From: Hominenteromicrobium sp.
GTDB lineage: Bacteria > Bacillota > Clostridia > Oscillospirales > Acutalibacteraceae
Direction: 5' to 3'
NCBI GenBank assembly: GCA_051880755.1
Contig: JBJEOO010000174.1
Span: 1-41,009, forward strand
DNA length: 41,009 nucleotides
A program made the position numbers and the translations under genes. Below the pieces are notes generated by a model. The model was not told where the DNA came from and did no database searches. It saw only the letters and a list, made by a program, of their open reading frames with translations. Shown here in pieces: positions 25,775 through 35,783 of the stretch. Position 1 is the stretch's first letter. Every line of letters begins with the position of its first letter.

Positions 25775-26893
25775 TCAGCAGCCGGCAACGGCCTTCAGGC
25801 CTTCGTCCAGATAGAGCATGAGGTTGGAAAGATACCGCTCCTCCGGCTCGGGATATTCCATGAAGCCTGCGGAAGGGCAAAGGATAAAGCGGCCGCTTTC
25901 GGCGCCCAGCTTTACGCAGCTGCGGATTTTTTCACGCAGCGTATCGGGATCATCCTGCAGAATGCTCTGGATTTCGATGTTTCCCTCATAGCCGATGCGC
26001 CTGCCGTACTGGGCGACGAGCGCGCCAAGCTCCACATCGCCGTTTTTCGGCGGCTCCAGCGGATTGAGCACATCGATGCCCATTTCAATGAAACGGTCCA
26101 CCAGCTTTGCAACCCTGCCGTGACAGTGCAGCCAGGTGTAGCCGCCCGCATTGTGAATCAGGTCGCACAGCGGCTTGTTGATCTGAAACTCAAATTCCTC
26201 AAAATCCTGATAGCCCATGAGCGGCGGAATCAGCAGCTCGGGGCCGACCCAGCAGAAAACGCCGCGCATGCCGTGATCAATGGCGGTCTGCGCCTGCTCA
26301 TAGACCCGCTTTGCGAAAAGCTCCAGCGCCTCGAGCACAAGCCTGCGGTTATCGACGGAAAGATAAGCCAGCGTTTCGGAGCCTGTCATTCGCTGCAGGG
26401 CATAGCCGGCGTGGTCGAGCGAAAACATGCAGATGCCTCTGTCGCCGATTTGGGCATCCACCTCAGAACATCGGGTTTCAAACGGATACGGCGCATACGG
26501 CATGGAGATCAGCTTTTCCAGATCCTCCTCGTCCTTTACGGCGTATTCGGTGATATAGCCCGCCGCGCCGATTACGGAGCTGTGAAACCGTTCCGTAAGG
26601 TTGCCCTTCGGGGTATGATAGGTGGTTACAACCTCTTCCCAAAGGGGATCCTTTGTGGGCAGCGTCACGCGGGTGACGGCCTGCTCCGCGTTTCTGCCGC
26701 AGTACATGTTGAACCGGGAACCGGCTTCGCCGAAAATATCCGTAACCGCCAGCGCCCGTTCCATGACGGGTGCATAGCCGGGATGCAGAAGCGTTTCGCC
26801 GGGCTTTGCGCCCCAAAGCTTCAGCGCGGGCCGGTCGTATTCCTGGTTGCGGAAAATACGCATAATCCGCTCGCGGCCAGTCAGTTTTTCCAT
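25775..26893 (-). CDS. Uroporphyrinogen decarboxylase / MtaA-CmuA superfamily protein
   Basis: LTGRERI N-terminus, HTPKGNL, LHCHG, GIDVLNPLEP, GNIE, GRFILCPS. Confidence 0.72.
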   Translation of the reverse strand: MEKLTGRERIMRIFRNQEYDRPALKLWGAKPGETLLHPGYAPVMERALAVTDIFGEAGSRFNMYCGRNAEQAVTRVTLPTKDPLWEEVVTTYHTPKGNLTERFHSSVIGAAGYITEYAVKDEEDLEKLISMPYAPYPFETRCSEVDAQIGDRGICMFSLDHAGYALQRMTGSETLAYLSVDNRRLVLEALELFAKRVYEQAQTAIDHGMRGVFCWVGPELLIPPLMGYQDFEEFEFQINKPLCDLIHNAGGYTWLHCHGRVAKLVDRFIEMGIDVLNPLEPPKNGDVELGALVAQYGRRIGYEGNIEIQSILQDDPDTLREKIRSCVKLGAESGRFILCPSAGFMEYPEPEERYLSNLMLYLDEGLKAVAGC

Positions 26894-26917
26894 ATGAACT
26901 TCCTCCCCATAATGGGC

Positions 26918-28396
26918 TTAACCCTGTGTTTCGCCCTTATCCTCCAGCAGAATGACGGTGACCTCAAATTCCTCGCCGCCCTTGCCGGTTTCATTCGGCC
27001 GGAAAAGCGTGACGCGCACGCTGTCTCCGGGACTGTACGAGAGCAGCGCGTTGGAAAGCGCGTCAAGCGTCGGCGTTTCCGCATCGTCAATTGCGGTGAT
27101 GATGTCGTATTCCTGCACTTCCGTATCGATGAAGCTGCTGTCCTCGTCGATTTCGCTGATCATGAAGCCCTGCGGGACGTCGTACATCGCGGCCTGAAGC
27201 TCCGAAATCGCCGTGCCCTTGATGCCGAAGCGAACGCGGCCCTGCACATAGCCGCCGGAAAGCAGGTCGTTGATGATGTGCTGCGCACCCGTAATCGGAA
27301 TGGCAAAGCCCATGCCTTCATACTGCTCGGAAACGATCTTCGAGGAATTGATGCCCACAACCTGACCGTAGAGGTTGACGAGCGGGCCGCCGGAATTGCC
27401 GGGGTTGATCGCCGCGTCGGTCTGGATATAGGTCATGCCGTTGTCGCTGTATGAGCCGACGGAGCGGTTCAGGCCGGAGATGACGCCGCGCGTCAGAGAA
27501 CCGGAGAACTGTTCGCCGCCCGGGTTGCCGATGGCAACGACCCACTGGCCCATCTTCAGGTCATCGGAATCGCCGAATTCCGCGGGCGTATAGCCGTTGC
27601 CGTCAATCTTCAGCACGGCAAGGTCCGTCGTCTTGTCGCAGCCGACGACGACCGCATCGTGCATCACGCCGTCGTTTGTCTTGACCTGCACCGAAACGGA
27701 GCGGGAATTCAGAACCACATGGCTGTTTGTAATGATGTAGCCGTCCTCCGTGGCGATGATTCCGGTTCCGGTTCCGCCGGATTCACCCTCCGTGATGACC
27801 AGCACGGTGGAAGGAATGACTTTGTCGTAAACGGCTGAAACATCCAGCTCCCCGCCGTCCGGTGTGCTGTGCAGCGTGATGCCCTCCGTGTTCGGCGTGA
27901 TCTCGATATCCGGTGCGGGCCGTGTGCTTTCTTCGGGCAGCTCCGCCTCTTCGTCGTCCCCGTCCGCTTCTTCGCCGTCGCCGCGCGGGAATTCCGGGTC
28001 GTAGAACGGCATGCCGGCGTGGGATTCCGTCGTGTAATTTGTCACGGCGGCGTAGACGCCGTACACGGCAAAGCCGACGACGGAGCCGGCAAACAGGACG
28101 GACATCACAATCAGCAGAACCTTCAGCCCGGTCGGCATTCCGCGCCTGGGCGGCGCGGGCTGCGGATAGGGGTTCTGCATGACCGGCGGATAGGGGTAAT
28201 AATTCGGGTACGGCGGCTGCGGGTATCCGTAAGGCGGCTGCGGTGCGCCTGCGGGCGGCGCGGCCTGCGGCGGTTCATCCGCCGGAGCCGCGGCGGGCTG
28301 TTCCGCATCCGGGAGCGGAGCGGGTTCATCCTGCGCGGGAAAACCGGGCTGCTCCGCTCCGTTGGTTTCGTTCTGCTCTCTTTCAAATTCGTCCAT
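26918..28396 (-). CDS. htrA: HtrA/DegP membrane-anchored serine protease with PDZ domain
   Basis: Pro-rich N-terminus, TM helix, TNSHV, TDLAVLKI, IQTDAAINPGNSGGPL, C-terminal PDZ. Confidence 0.92.
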   Translation of the reverse strand: MDEFEREQNETNGAEQPGFPAQDEPAPLPDAEQPAAAPADEPPQAAPPAGAPQPPYGYPQPPYPNYYPYPPVMQNPYPQPAPPRRGMPTGLKVLLIVMSVLFAGSVVGFAVYGVYAAVTNYTTESHAGMPFYDPEFPRGDGEEADGDDEEAELPEESTRPAPDIEITPNTEGITLHSTPDGGELDVSAVYDKVIPSTVLVITEGESGGTGTGIIATEDGYIITNSHVVLNSRSVSVQVKTNDGVMHDAVVVGCDKTTDLAVLKIDGNGYTPAEFGDSDDLKMGQWVVAIGNPGGEQFSGSLTRGVISGLNRSVGSYSDNGMTYIQTDAAINPGNSGGPLVNLYGQVVGINSSKIVSEQYEGMGFAIPITGAQHIINDLLSGGYVQGRVRFGIKGTAISELQAAMYDVPQGFMISEIDEDSSFIDTEVQEYDIITAIDDAETPTLDALSNALLSYSPGDSVRVTLFRPNETGKGGEEFEVTVILLEDKGETQG

Positions 28397-28449
28397 TTGG
28401 CTGTCACTGTCCTTTGCTGCGCAGGAATCGCCGGTGCGGCGTTCCGCGT

Positions 28450-29997
28450 TTATTGATTGCTGTCATCCTTCCCGTGTCCGCGGTGCTCTTTCTTCGGACG
28501 CTCGGAGATCACGGCGTCCTCAACCGGAACGCTGTATGCCGGCTTCAGCTTCGGCGCTTCCTGAGGCTTTGGAATGTAGAAGGCAAATTGCGTGTATTGA
28601 TCCACAACGGAGGTGACATAGATGTCGCCGCCGTGCAGCTTGATAATGGTTTTGACGAGGTACAGACCCAAGCCCATACCGTTTTTGTCCTGACTTCTCG
28701 ACTTATCGGTCTTGTAGAATTTTTCAAAGACCATCGGCAGCTCGTCCGCCTGAATGCCGGAGCCGCTGTTCTGAATGGCTACGGCGATGCGGTCGATGCT
28801 GTCCGAAACGGTGAAGGAGATGTAGCCGCCCTTGTTTGTGAACTTGACGGCGTTTTCCACCAGATTGTAAACGACCTGATGCAGCAGATCCTCGTCGCCG
28901 TATATCTGCTGGGGCTTGAGCATATCCAGCCCGCGGATATCGATCTGCTTTTCCTCGATGCTCTTTTCAAAGGTCAGCACCGTGGAAAGCACGGTTTCGG
29001 AGATATCGAAATTGACGGGCCGCAGCTTCAGCTCGCCGTTGTCGATGCGCGAGAGGTTCAGCATGGTTTTGACCAGACGCGAAAGGCGCTTGACCTCATC
29101 GGAGACGATGTGCAGGTAATACGTCTGCCGTTCGGGCGGGATGGTGCCGTCCAGAATGCCGTCGATAAAGCCCGCAATCGTTGTCATCGGCGTTTTCAGC
29201 TCGTGGGAGACATTGGCCACAAAGCTGCGGTTCATGCTCTCGCTGTTCGAGAGCGAATCGGCCATGTTGTTGAAGGACAGCGCGAGCTGGCCGATCTCAT
29301 CGCTGGAGGTGACCGGAACGCGCACGGAGAAATCGCCGTTGCCCAGACTTTTGGCGGCGGCGGACATCTGCCGCAGCGGCTTCACAAGCCGGTAAGAGAA
29401 CAGGCCGACAACACAGAATGCCAGCAGGAACGCCGCAGCGGCCGCGATCAGAAACATCTGAAACGCGGTGAACTGGTATTCGGTGAGCGTGGTGGCGTTT
29501 GTCGCCGCAAACACGGCGCCCACCGGGGTTTTGTTTTCCGCGGAAGCGTAAAGCGGCACGCCGATCACATAGTAGGGATCCTCATAGATGCCGTTCTTGC
29601 GGCCGGTGCCGGAAAAAGAGCCTGCGGCGGCACGCGCGACAATATCCTTCGGAACGGTTTTGAACGGCGTGAACTGCACGCCCACGCGGGAGGTGCTGTT
29701 TGCGTAAGCGCCGAGCAGGACGTTGCCCTCGAGGTCGGTGACGAAAATATCGGCGTCGATATTCATGGAAAACGACTGCACGAACAGGCCGAGAAACTGC
29801 GGTATGCCCGAGCCGGACATGTCGACGGCCGCGGTGATCGAGGCCATGGAGGTGGCGCTCTGCGTCAGAAGCTTGCGCTTGTCGCTTTTGGTGTACTCGG
29901 CGAAAAAGACCATCATAACGCTGCCGAGCACAACGAAGCTGGAAAACACGATGATCATCGTGTTTCGCAGGTATTTACCGAACAGGGATTTCTGCAA
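28450..29997 (-). CDS. HAMP-domain sensor histidine kinase
   Basis: Two TM helices, HAMP (DEIGQLA.SFN.M), H-box ANVSHELKTP, NLVENAVKF, GLGL. Confidence 0.93.
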   Translation of the reverse strand: MQKSLFGKYLRNTMIIVFSSFVVLGSVMMVFFAEYTKSDKRKLLTQSATSMASITAAVDMSGSGIPQFLGLFVQSFSMNIDADIFVTDLEGNVLLGAYANSTSRVGVQFTPFKTVPKDIVARAAAGSFSGTGRKNGIYEDPYYVIGVPLYASAENKTPVGAVFAATNATTLTEYQFTAFQMFLIAAAAAFLLAFCVVGLFSYRLVKPLRQMSAAAKSLGNGDFSVRVPVTSSDEIGQLALSFNNMADSLSNSESMNRSFVANVSHELKTPMTTIAGFIDGILDGTIPPERQTYYLHIVSDEVKRLSRLVKTMLNLSRIDNGELKLRPVNFDISETVLSTVLTFEKSIEEKQIDIRGLDMLKPQQIYGDEDLLHQVVYNLVENAVKFTNKGGYISFTVSDSIDRIAVAIQNSGSGIQADELPMVFEKFYKTDKSRSQDKNGMGLGLYLVKTIIKLHGGDIYVTSVVDQYTQFAFYIPKPQEAPKLKPAYSVPVEDAVISERPKKEHRGHGKDDSNQ

Positions 29998-30011
29998 GGC
30001 GTGTCATCCTT

Positions 30012-30701
30012 TCAGTCCTTGACTTCAAATTTATAGCCGACGCCCCAAACCGTTTTGAGCGCCCATTTGTCGGAAACGCCCTCCAGCTTTTCACGCAGCC
30101 GCTTGACATGCACGTCCACGGTGCGGGAATCGCCGTAATAATCGAAGCCCCAGACCTCGTCGAGCAGCTGGTCGCGCGTGAATACGCGGTTCGGGTTGGA
30201 AGCCAGGTGGTAAATCAGCTCCATCTCCTTCGGGGGCGTGTCAACCTGAACGCCCTTGACCTTAAGCTCATAATTGGTCAGGTTGATTGTCAGATTCTCG
30301 TAGCTGACCTCCTGCACCTGAGCCGTTTCCTTTTTGCCGATCCGGCGAAGCACGGCGTTGATGCGCGCGATAACCTCCTTAGTTTCAAAGGGCTTCACGA
30401 CGTAATCGTCCGCGCCCAGCTCAAGGCCGAGCACCTTGTCGAAAACCTCGCCCTTTGCGGTGAGCATGATGATGGGACACTGCGATTTTTTGCGGATCTC
30501 GCGGCAGACCTGCCAGCCGTCCAGCTCGGGCAGCATGATGTCGAGCAGGATCAGGTCGGGATTTACCGCATCGAACATCTGCAGCGCCGCCTTGCCGTCG
30601 TTGGCAATGGCGGTTTCAAAGCCTTCTTTTTCGATATAAAGCCTGAGCAGCTCGCAAATGTTCTTGTCGTCATCTACAATGAGAATTTTTCCGGATGCCA
30701 T
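30012..30701 (-). CDS. OmpR/PhoB-family response regulator
   Basis: ILIVDDD, LLDIMLP, MLTAK, GADDYVVKPF, RTVDVHVKRLREKL, TVWGVGY. Confidence 0.95.
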   Translation of the reverse strand: MASGKILIVDDDKNICELLRLYIEKEGFETAIANDGKAALQMFDAVNPDLILLDIMLPELDGWQVCREIRKKSQCPIIMLTAKGEVFDKVLGLELGADDYVVKPFETKEVIARINAVLRRIGKKETAQVQEVSYENLTINLTNYELKVKGVQVDTPPKEMELIYHLASNPNRVFTRDQLLDEVWGFDYYGDSRTVDVHVKRLREKLEGVSDKWALKTVWGVGYKFEVKD

Positions 30702-30801
30702 GTTCGTACCTCTTTCCTTTTTCTTCCTGTTTTTCTTTCTTCCTGTTTTTCCGAATTCTGCAATTTCCGCGCCGAGCGCAGAAATCATCCAGTTTGCATT
30801 T

Positions 30802-30830
30802 ATTGTAACGGTTTATTGCGTCAAAAGCAA
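30802..30830 (-). promoter_or_regulatory. Candidate sigma-A promoter for the two-component/htrA operon
   Basis: Minus strand TTGCTT-17 bp-TACAAT. Confidence 0.45.
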
Positions 30831-30872
30831 GAACAAAAGGTGAATATTCTGTGACGGCCGTTCGACACGGTA

Positions 30873-30901
30873 TTGCATCCGGATACACGACATGTTATAA
30901 T
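30873..30901 (+). promoter_or_regulatory. Sigma-A promoter for the MATE gene
   Basis: TTGCAT-17 bp-TATAAT with extended TG. Confidence 0.7.
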
Positions 30902-31004
30902 ATATCTATATTAGCCGCTTTACAATTCCGCATCGCTTCGCCGTACCCCGGCGGAGCCTTTTGGTGTGCAGAAAAAGGAAATTCAGAAAGGATGATTCTA
31001 CCGA

Positions 31005-32384
31005 ATGGAAGAAAAAATGAACAGAGCACGGCCCGCAGCCGAAAACCCGATGGGCACGGCCAGAATGCTGCCGCTGATCCTCAAAATGGCGCTGCCCGCG
31101 ATGTTTTCCATGCTGATTCAGGCGCTGTACAATATAGTGGACAGCTACTTCGTGGCACAGGTCGGCCAGAATGCGCTGACAGCCGTTTCGCTTGCCTTTC
31201 CGATCCAGAACCTGCAGGTTGCGTTCGGCGTCGGAACCGGCGTCGGCGTCAGCTCGCTGATTTCCCGCCGTCTCGGTGAACGGGACCAGAAGGCCGCGGA
31301 CAACGCCGCGACGCACGGCATCATTCTGGCCGCGATGACCTGGGTGGTCTTTGCCATTGCGGGCGCCGCCACGGCGCGCCCCTTTATTGCGATGTATACA
31401 CAGGACGCCGAGGTGCTCAGCATGGGTCAGACGTATCTGACCATCGTAACGGTTTTCTCCTTCGGCTTCTTCATCGGAAGCTGCATTGAAAAGATGATTC
31501 AGGCGACCGGTAATATGATTCTGCCGATGATTATGCAGCTCATCGGCGCGGTGACGAATATCATCCTCGATCCGATTATGATCTACGGCCTGCTGGGCTT
31601 CCCCGCCATGGGCGTTGCGGGCGCGGCAATCGCGACCGTCGGCGGCCAGATCATTTCCATGATTGCCTGCGTCCTGATTCTGTTCCTCGGCAGCCATGCG
31701 GTTTCGATTCATCTCAAGGGTTTCCGCTTCCATGCCAGAACGATCCGCGATATCTACACGGTGGGCGTCCCGAGCATCGTGATGTCCGCCATCGGCACCG
31801 TCATGACCATGGCGATGAACGGAATTCTGGCGGCCTTCTCGGCCGTGGCCGTCAATGCCTTCGGCATCTATTTCAAGCTCCAGTCGTTTGTATTCATGCC
31901 GGTCTTCGGCCTGACACAGGGGCTTATGCCGATTATGGGGTATAACTACGGCGCGCGCAACAAGCACCGCGTAACGGGTGCGCTCAAAGACGGCATAATC
32001 ATCGCGCTGGTGATCAATCTGGCCGGCATGATTGTTTTCGAGACGTTCCCCGAGCAGCTGATTTCCATTTTCAATCCGACGGATGAGCTGATGCGCATCG
32101 GCGTGCCGGCACTGCGCATCATTGCGATGCACTTCCCGCTTGCGGCGGTGGGCATCGCCATGACAACGCTGTTTCAGGCGACCGGCAAGGGCATGTACAG
32201 CCTGATTCAGTCCCTGATGCGCCAGCTTGTTGTGCTTGTACCGGCGGCGTGGCTGCTTGCGAAGATCAGCCTCGATGCGGTCTGGTTTGCGTTCCCGATT
32301 GCGGAAGTCGCTTCTCTGGTCGTTACCGCCGTATTCTTCACGCGTCTGTATAACCGGGAAATCCGCCATCTGGGCGAATCCTGA
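31005..32384 (+). CDS. MATE family efflux transporter
   Basis: ALP..SMLIQALYNIVDS, NIILDP, GVAGAAIAT, GYNYGA; about 12 hydrophobic segments. Confidence 0.93.
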   Translation: MEEKMNRARPAAENPMGTARMLPLILKMALPAMFSMLIQALYNIVDSYFVAQVGQNALTAVSLAFPIQNLQVAFGVGTGVGVSSLISRRLGERDQKAADNAATHGIILAAMTWVVFAIAGAATARPFIAMYTQDAEVLSMGQTYLTIVTVFSFGFFIGSCIEKMIQATGNMILPMIMQLIGAVTNIILDPIMIYGLLGFPAMGVAGAAIATVGGQIISMIACVLILFLGSHAVSIHLKGFRFHARTIRDIYTVGVPSIVMSAIGTVMTMAMNGILAAFSAVAVNAFGIYFKLQSFVFMPVFGLTQGLMPIMGYNYGARNKHRVTGALKDGIIIALVINLAGMIVFETFPEQLISIFNPTDELMRIGVPALRIIAMHFPLAAVGIAMTTLFQATGKGMYSLIQSLMRQLVVLVPAAWLLAKISLDAVWFAFPIAEVASLVVTAVFFTRLYNREIRHLGES

Positions 32385-32420
32385 CCGGGCGGCGCACCGT
32401 CCGCTGAACAAAGCAGAAAC

Positions 32421-32464
32421 AAAACCGCCGTTTCCCGGCCTTTTTCGGGGAGCGGCGGTTTTTA
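32421..32464. terminator. Bidirectional terminator
   Basis: AAAACCGCCGTTTCCCG...CGGGGAGCGGCGGTTTTT between convergent genes. Confidence 0.75.
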
Positions 32465-32499
32465 TTCCGGGACTGCCGCGGCCTGCGCGGTGTTTTCCG

Positions 32500-35400
32500 T
32501 CAGATAAAGAACCATGTGGGCAGCCATTCAAGGGCGTTGGCGTAGGCCTGCGTCGTCAGCGTACCGGTCAGCACCGGATAGAATACGGCAAACAGCACGA
32601 GGTGGACTGCGGTGAAGATCAGGAGAGAAAGCTGCGCGGCCGTAAGCGTAACGGCTGTGCCGCGCACCGTGCAGGCCAGAACGGGTCTGGCCATGCGGGG
32701 CGCTTCGGCCAGACGGCGGTAGGCGATCAGAAACGCCAGAAGCAGGAACGGCACGGCCGTGAAGTAGTGGTAAACAAAGGTGCAGCGCGGCACGAGAACC
32801 CACGGCAGATAGACCGAAAGGAAGCCGACTGCGGCAACAAGCGCGGGGCGCGAATGCTTTTTCACGGCGCGCACGAAGGTATAGAGCATCGCCGGCACGC
32901 AGGCCCACCAGAACAGCGGGCTGCCGAGCACGGAAATCGTGCGGATGGAGTCGTTTGCGTCGGCGTGATAATTTCCGTAATACCACACGTTGCGGATGTC
33001 GAACGGCCATTGGTACCACGGCGATTCAAACGTGTGCGTGGCCTGCAGCGTCGAATGGTAGTTGTACATGTGGACCTGATAGGAGATAAAGCGGCCGAAA
33101 ACATCGTACCGATTATGCGCGAGCGTCGTCAGCGGCAGGAAGGCCGCGAAGTAGACCGCGAAGGGAATCAGCAGGAAGAAAAGGCAGCACCACAGGCAGG
33201 TGAGCAGCGCCCGGCGCCGGAATACGGCCTGCGCTTCATCGCGGCGTTTTGCGGGCAGCGTGCGCAGATTCAGCGCGCGGCAGGTGAAGACGAGCTTGCC
33301 GAAAAACAGAACCGCAAGGCCGCAGGCGCCGTAGGCAACCGTCCATTTCGAGGCGATGCCCAGCCCCATGAACAATCCGCTGAAAAAGAGCGGGAGCAGA
33401 ATTTTGCGCCGCGGCGATGTCATCAAGTCGGTTTGGAGGAACACAAGCATCGCGTCGTACATCAGCAGAATGAAAAACACGGCGTAGGTGTCGATCGTCG
33501 CGATGCGCGTTTGCACGTAGTGCATGAAGTCGAACGCGAAGAGCGTTGTGCCGACGGCGCAGAGGAACGTGGAGCCGAACAGGCGCTTCAGGAAATGATA
33601 GAGCACCGGCAGCATCAGCACGCCGAACAGCGTGCCCATGAACCGCCAGCCGAACGGGTTCATGCCGAACATCCGGATGCCCAGCGAAATGATCAGCTTG
33701 CCGAGCGGCGGGTGGGTGTTCTCGTACGGTTCAAGCCCGAGAATGTGCTCGTACGCCGTGCGGGCGTGGTAGATTTCGTCAAAGTAGGTTGAATTCATGT
33801 AGCTCGGCCAGAGCGGAACCACATTCTGCTCATCGCTGAGCTGCCATGCGTCGCCCCGCACGGCGGTCAGGGTGGCAAAGCCCGTGCCGTCCGCCTTTTT
33901 GAATGCGATTTCGTTGATGGCGAGATCATCGCAGGTCGCCGTAATGCGGATATATTTGCCGGTTGCGTACGCCGTCACGCTCTGCCACGCGTAAACGCTG
34001 CCGTCGGTGTCCTCCGCGGCGACAGCCCAGCTTTCGCCGTCGTCGGAGACCTCAATGCGCATCGAGGTGCCGACGCGCTGGCCAATGCCGTTGTCGGCTG
34101 CGGCAATACCGGGCAGGTAATAAATTTCGCTGTATGCGTCCGTTGTCGAGAAGATGACGCTCTCACCGTTTGCCGGTGTCCATGTGGTATTCGCGGTCTG
34201 GCGGTCGCCGAGGTTCCAGAAGGCAACGAGCGCGTAGGCGAGCGTGACGGCGCAGAGCAGCAGAATATCGGTGCGGCTGAGGCGCACATCCCGGTTCAGG
34301 TCGGTCACAAGCGCCGCAGGCTGCGCGGGCGCAGTCCGGCGCGGCGCGGTGCCGTGCGCCGTCCGCTTTTGCGGCGCGCGCTGCGGCCGGGTCAGCGGCT
34401 TCGGCGCCCGGTTGGAGAGGAACACGCGCCAGGTGGCGTAAAGCATATAACCGTACATCACAAGATGTGCGAGGGAAAGCAGGATGATCTGCGGGGCGGT
34501 CGGTTCAATGTAGCTGTTGTTCAGGTACAGCACATAGGCGACGTTTAGAAAATGGAAGAACGAGGTGCCCGCAAAGCAGAGGAGAAATCGCTTTTCGCGC
34601 GTGAAAACATAGGTCAGCAGCAGGCAGAGCAGAACGGGGAAAAGATACCGTTCGTGCATTTTCACGCAGAAAATATAAACCGTGAACATCAGCACCGTCG
34701 GGCAGGCAAAGACCGCCTCGCGGTGGCGGCTCTTCAGCATGAGGATGCCCGCGAGCACCACGGCGAGCGGTACGCCGAACTGCAGCCACAGGCTGTTTTC
34801 CGGCAGAGCGGCCCAGTTCCTGCCGAGCAGTGCCCAGAGGTTATAGGCGTTGATCGTGTAATAGGCGTAATAATCGATGGTGCCGGTATAAATCTCGATG
34901 AGCTTTCCGTAGTCCCAGTCTTTGATGAACGGCGTGGAAAGCAGAAGAATCACACCGAGCGCAAGGACCGGCCCCAGAATCAGGTTTTTCCAGTCCCGGC
35001 GGCGGATGACCCAGAAGATCAGCACCGGCGCAAAAATGAGCATCTGCGGCTTGGAGAGCACGCCCAAACCGTAGAGCATCGCCGCGGCCGGCGTGTGGTT
35101 ATACCAGAGCAGCAGCAGCGTCAGCAGGAGCAGCAGCGCGCAGAAGCTGTCGGCCTGTCCCCACACGGCGGAGTTCAGGATGACCGCCGGGCAGAACAGG
35201 TAGGCGGCGGAAACAAACTGCGCGGAGCTTTCGCCCAGCTTTTTGCGCGCAAGCACCCAGAGAATCGCCGCGCAGCCGATGTCGGAGAGAATCGGCGCCA
35301 TTTTGATCAGCAGCGTCGAGGCCTGCGCATACTGCGGGATAAAAAAGAGCCGCCTGAAAAATTCCGTCAGATACAGGATATAGAGGTATCCGGGCGGATA

Positions 35401-35685
35401 ATCGATGAAGAAATCGCTGTAATACATTTCGCTGAAGCCGTACTCGTGCGTGTACATCGCCCACGATTTGAAGCAGCTGATGTCCGCGTCAAAGCCGTTG
35501 ATGCTGTAGCCGAGCACAAGCCGCAGCACGAGTCCCGCCGCAAGCACGGCGCAGAACACCGGCACGGGCGGCAGCCCGAAAAGCGTGCGGCGCGGGCGCT
35601 CCTGCGGGTCCTCTGCCGGAACGCGGAAGCCGAGCCAGAGCACGGCACACAAAAACGCCGCAGAGATCAGAATCTGAAGGGTCAT
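32500..35685 (-). CDS. Double GT-C glycosyltransferase: N-terminal GT87-like module, discoidin-like domain and protein O-mannosyltransferase (PMT, GT39) module
   Basis: N-module DYPP, NSAVWGQAD, MHERY; PMT module YFDEIYH, HPPLGK, PFGWR, TRIATID, ASKW, H.FESPW, F.YHYF. Confidence 0.78.
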   Translation of the reverse strand: MTLQILISAAFLCAVLWLGFRVPAEDPQERPRRTLFGLPPVPVFCAVLAAGLVLRLVLGYSINGFDADISCFKSWAMYTHEYGFSEMYYSDFFIDYPPGYLYILYLTEFFRRLFFIPQYAQASTLLIKMAPILSDIGCAAILWVLARKKLGESSAQFVSAAYLFCPAVILNSAVWGQADSFCALLLLLTLLLLWYNHTPAAAMLYGLGVLSKPQMLIFAPVLIFWVIRRRDWKNLILGPVLALGVILLLSTPFIKDWDYGKLIEIYTGTIDYYAYYTINAYNLWALLGRNWAALPENSLWLQFGVPLAVVLAGILMLKSRHREAVFACPTVLMFTVYIFCVKMHERYLFPVLLCLLLTYVFTREKRFLLCFAGTSFFHFLNVAYVLYLNNSYIEPTAPQIILLSLAHLVMYGYMLYATWRVFLSNRAPKPLTRPQRAPQKRTAHGTAPRRTAPAQPAALVTDLNRDVRLSRTDILLLCAVTLAYALVAFWNLGDRQTANTTWTPANGESVIFSTTDAYSEIYYLPGIAAADNGIGQRVGTSMRIEVSDDGESWAVAAEDTDGSVYAWQSVTAYATGKYIRITATCDDLAINEIAFKKADGTGFATLTAVRGDAWQLSDEQNVVPLWPSYMNSTYFDEIYHARTAYEHILGLEPYENTHPPLGKLIISLGIRMFGMNPFGWRFMGTLFGVLMLPVLYHFLKRLFGSTFLCAVGTTLFAFDFMHYVQTRIATIDTYAVFFILLMYDAMLVFLQTDLMTSPRRKILLPLFFSGLFMGLGIASKWTVAYGACGLAVLFFGKLVFTCRALNLRTLPAKRRDEAQAVFRRRALLTCLWCCLFFLLIPFAVYFAAFLPLTTLAHNRYDVFGRFISYQVHMYNYHSTLQATHTFESPWYQWPFDIRNVWYYGNYHADANDSIRTISVLGSPLFWWACVPAMLYTFVRAVKKHSRPALVAAVGFLSVYLPWVLVPRCTFVYHYFTAVPFLLLAFLIAYRRLAEAPRMARPVLACTVRGTAVTLTAAQLSLLIFTAVHLVLFAVFYPVLTGTLTTQAYANALEWLPTWFFI

Positions 35686-35730
35686 ACTGGGAACCGTTCC
35701 TTTCTCTTAAAAATAAATGCGGATTCGGGC

Positions 35731-35759
35731 TTGACCCGACCGGAAATATCATGTAATCT
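35731..35759 (+). promoter_or_regulatory. Candidate sigma-A promoter for beta-galactosidase
   Basis: TTGACC-17 bp-TAATCT. Confidence 0.4.
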
Positions 35760-35783
35760 TGTATCGGAAGTATACTGCTGTTC

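Noticed and set aside
28140-28340. Repeat-like GC-rich tract in htrA
   Set aside because: Explained by the low-complexity Pro/Ala/Tyr-rich cytoplasmic N-terminus common in Firmicutes HtrA.
30861-30867. Perfect Spo0A box (TTCGACA) between the RR and MATE promoters
   Set aside because: A single 7-mer is expected by chance several times in 41 kb, and there is no second box nearby.
30902-31004. Guanidine-IV riboswitch upstream of MATE
   Set aside because: Gene context fits, but I could not see the two-hairpin layout with a strong terminator. Kept only as a generic structured leader.
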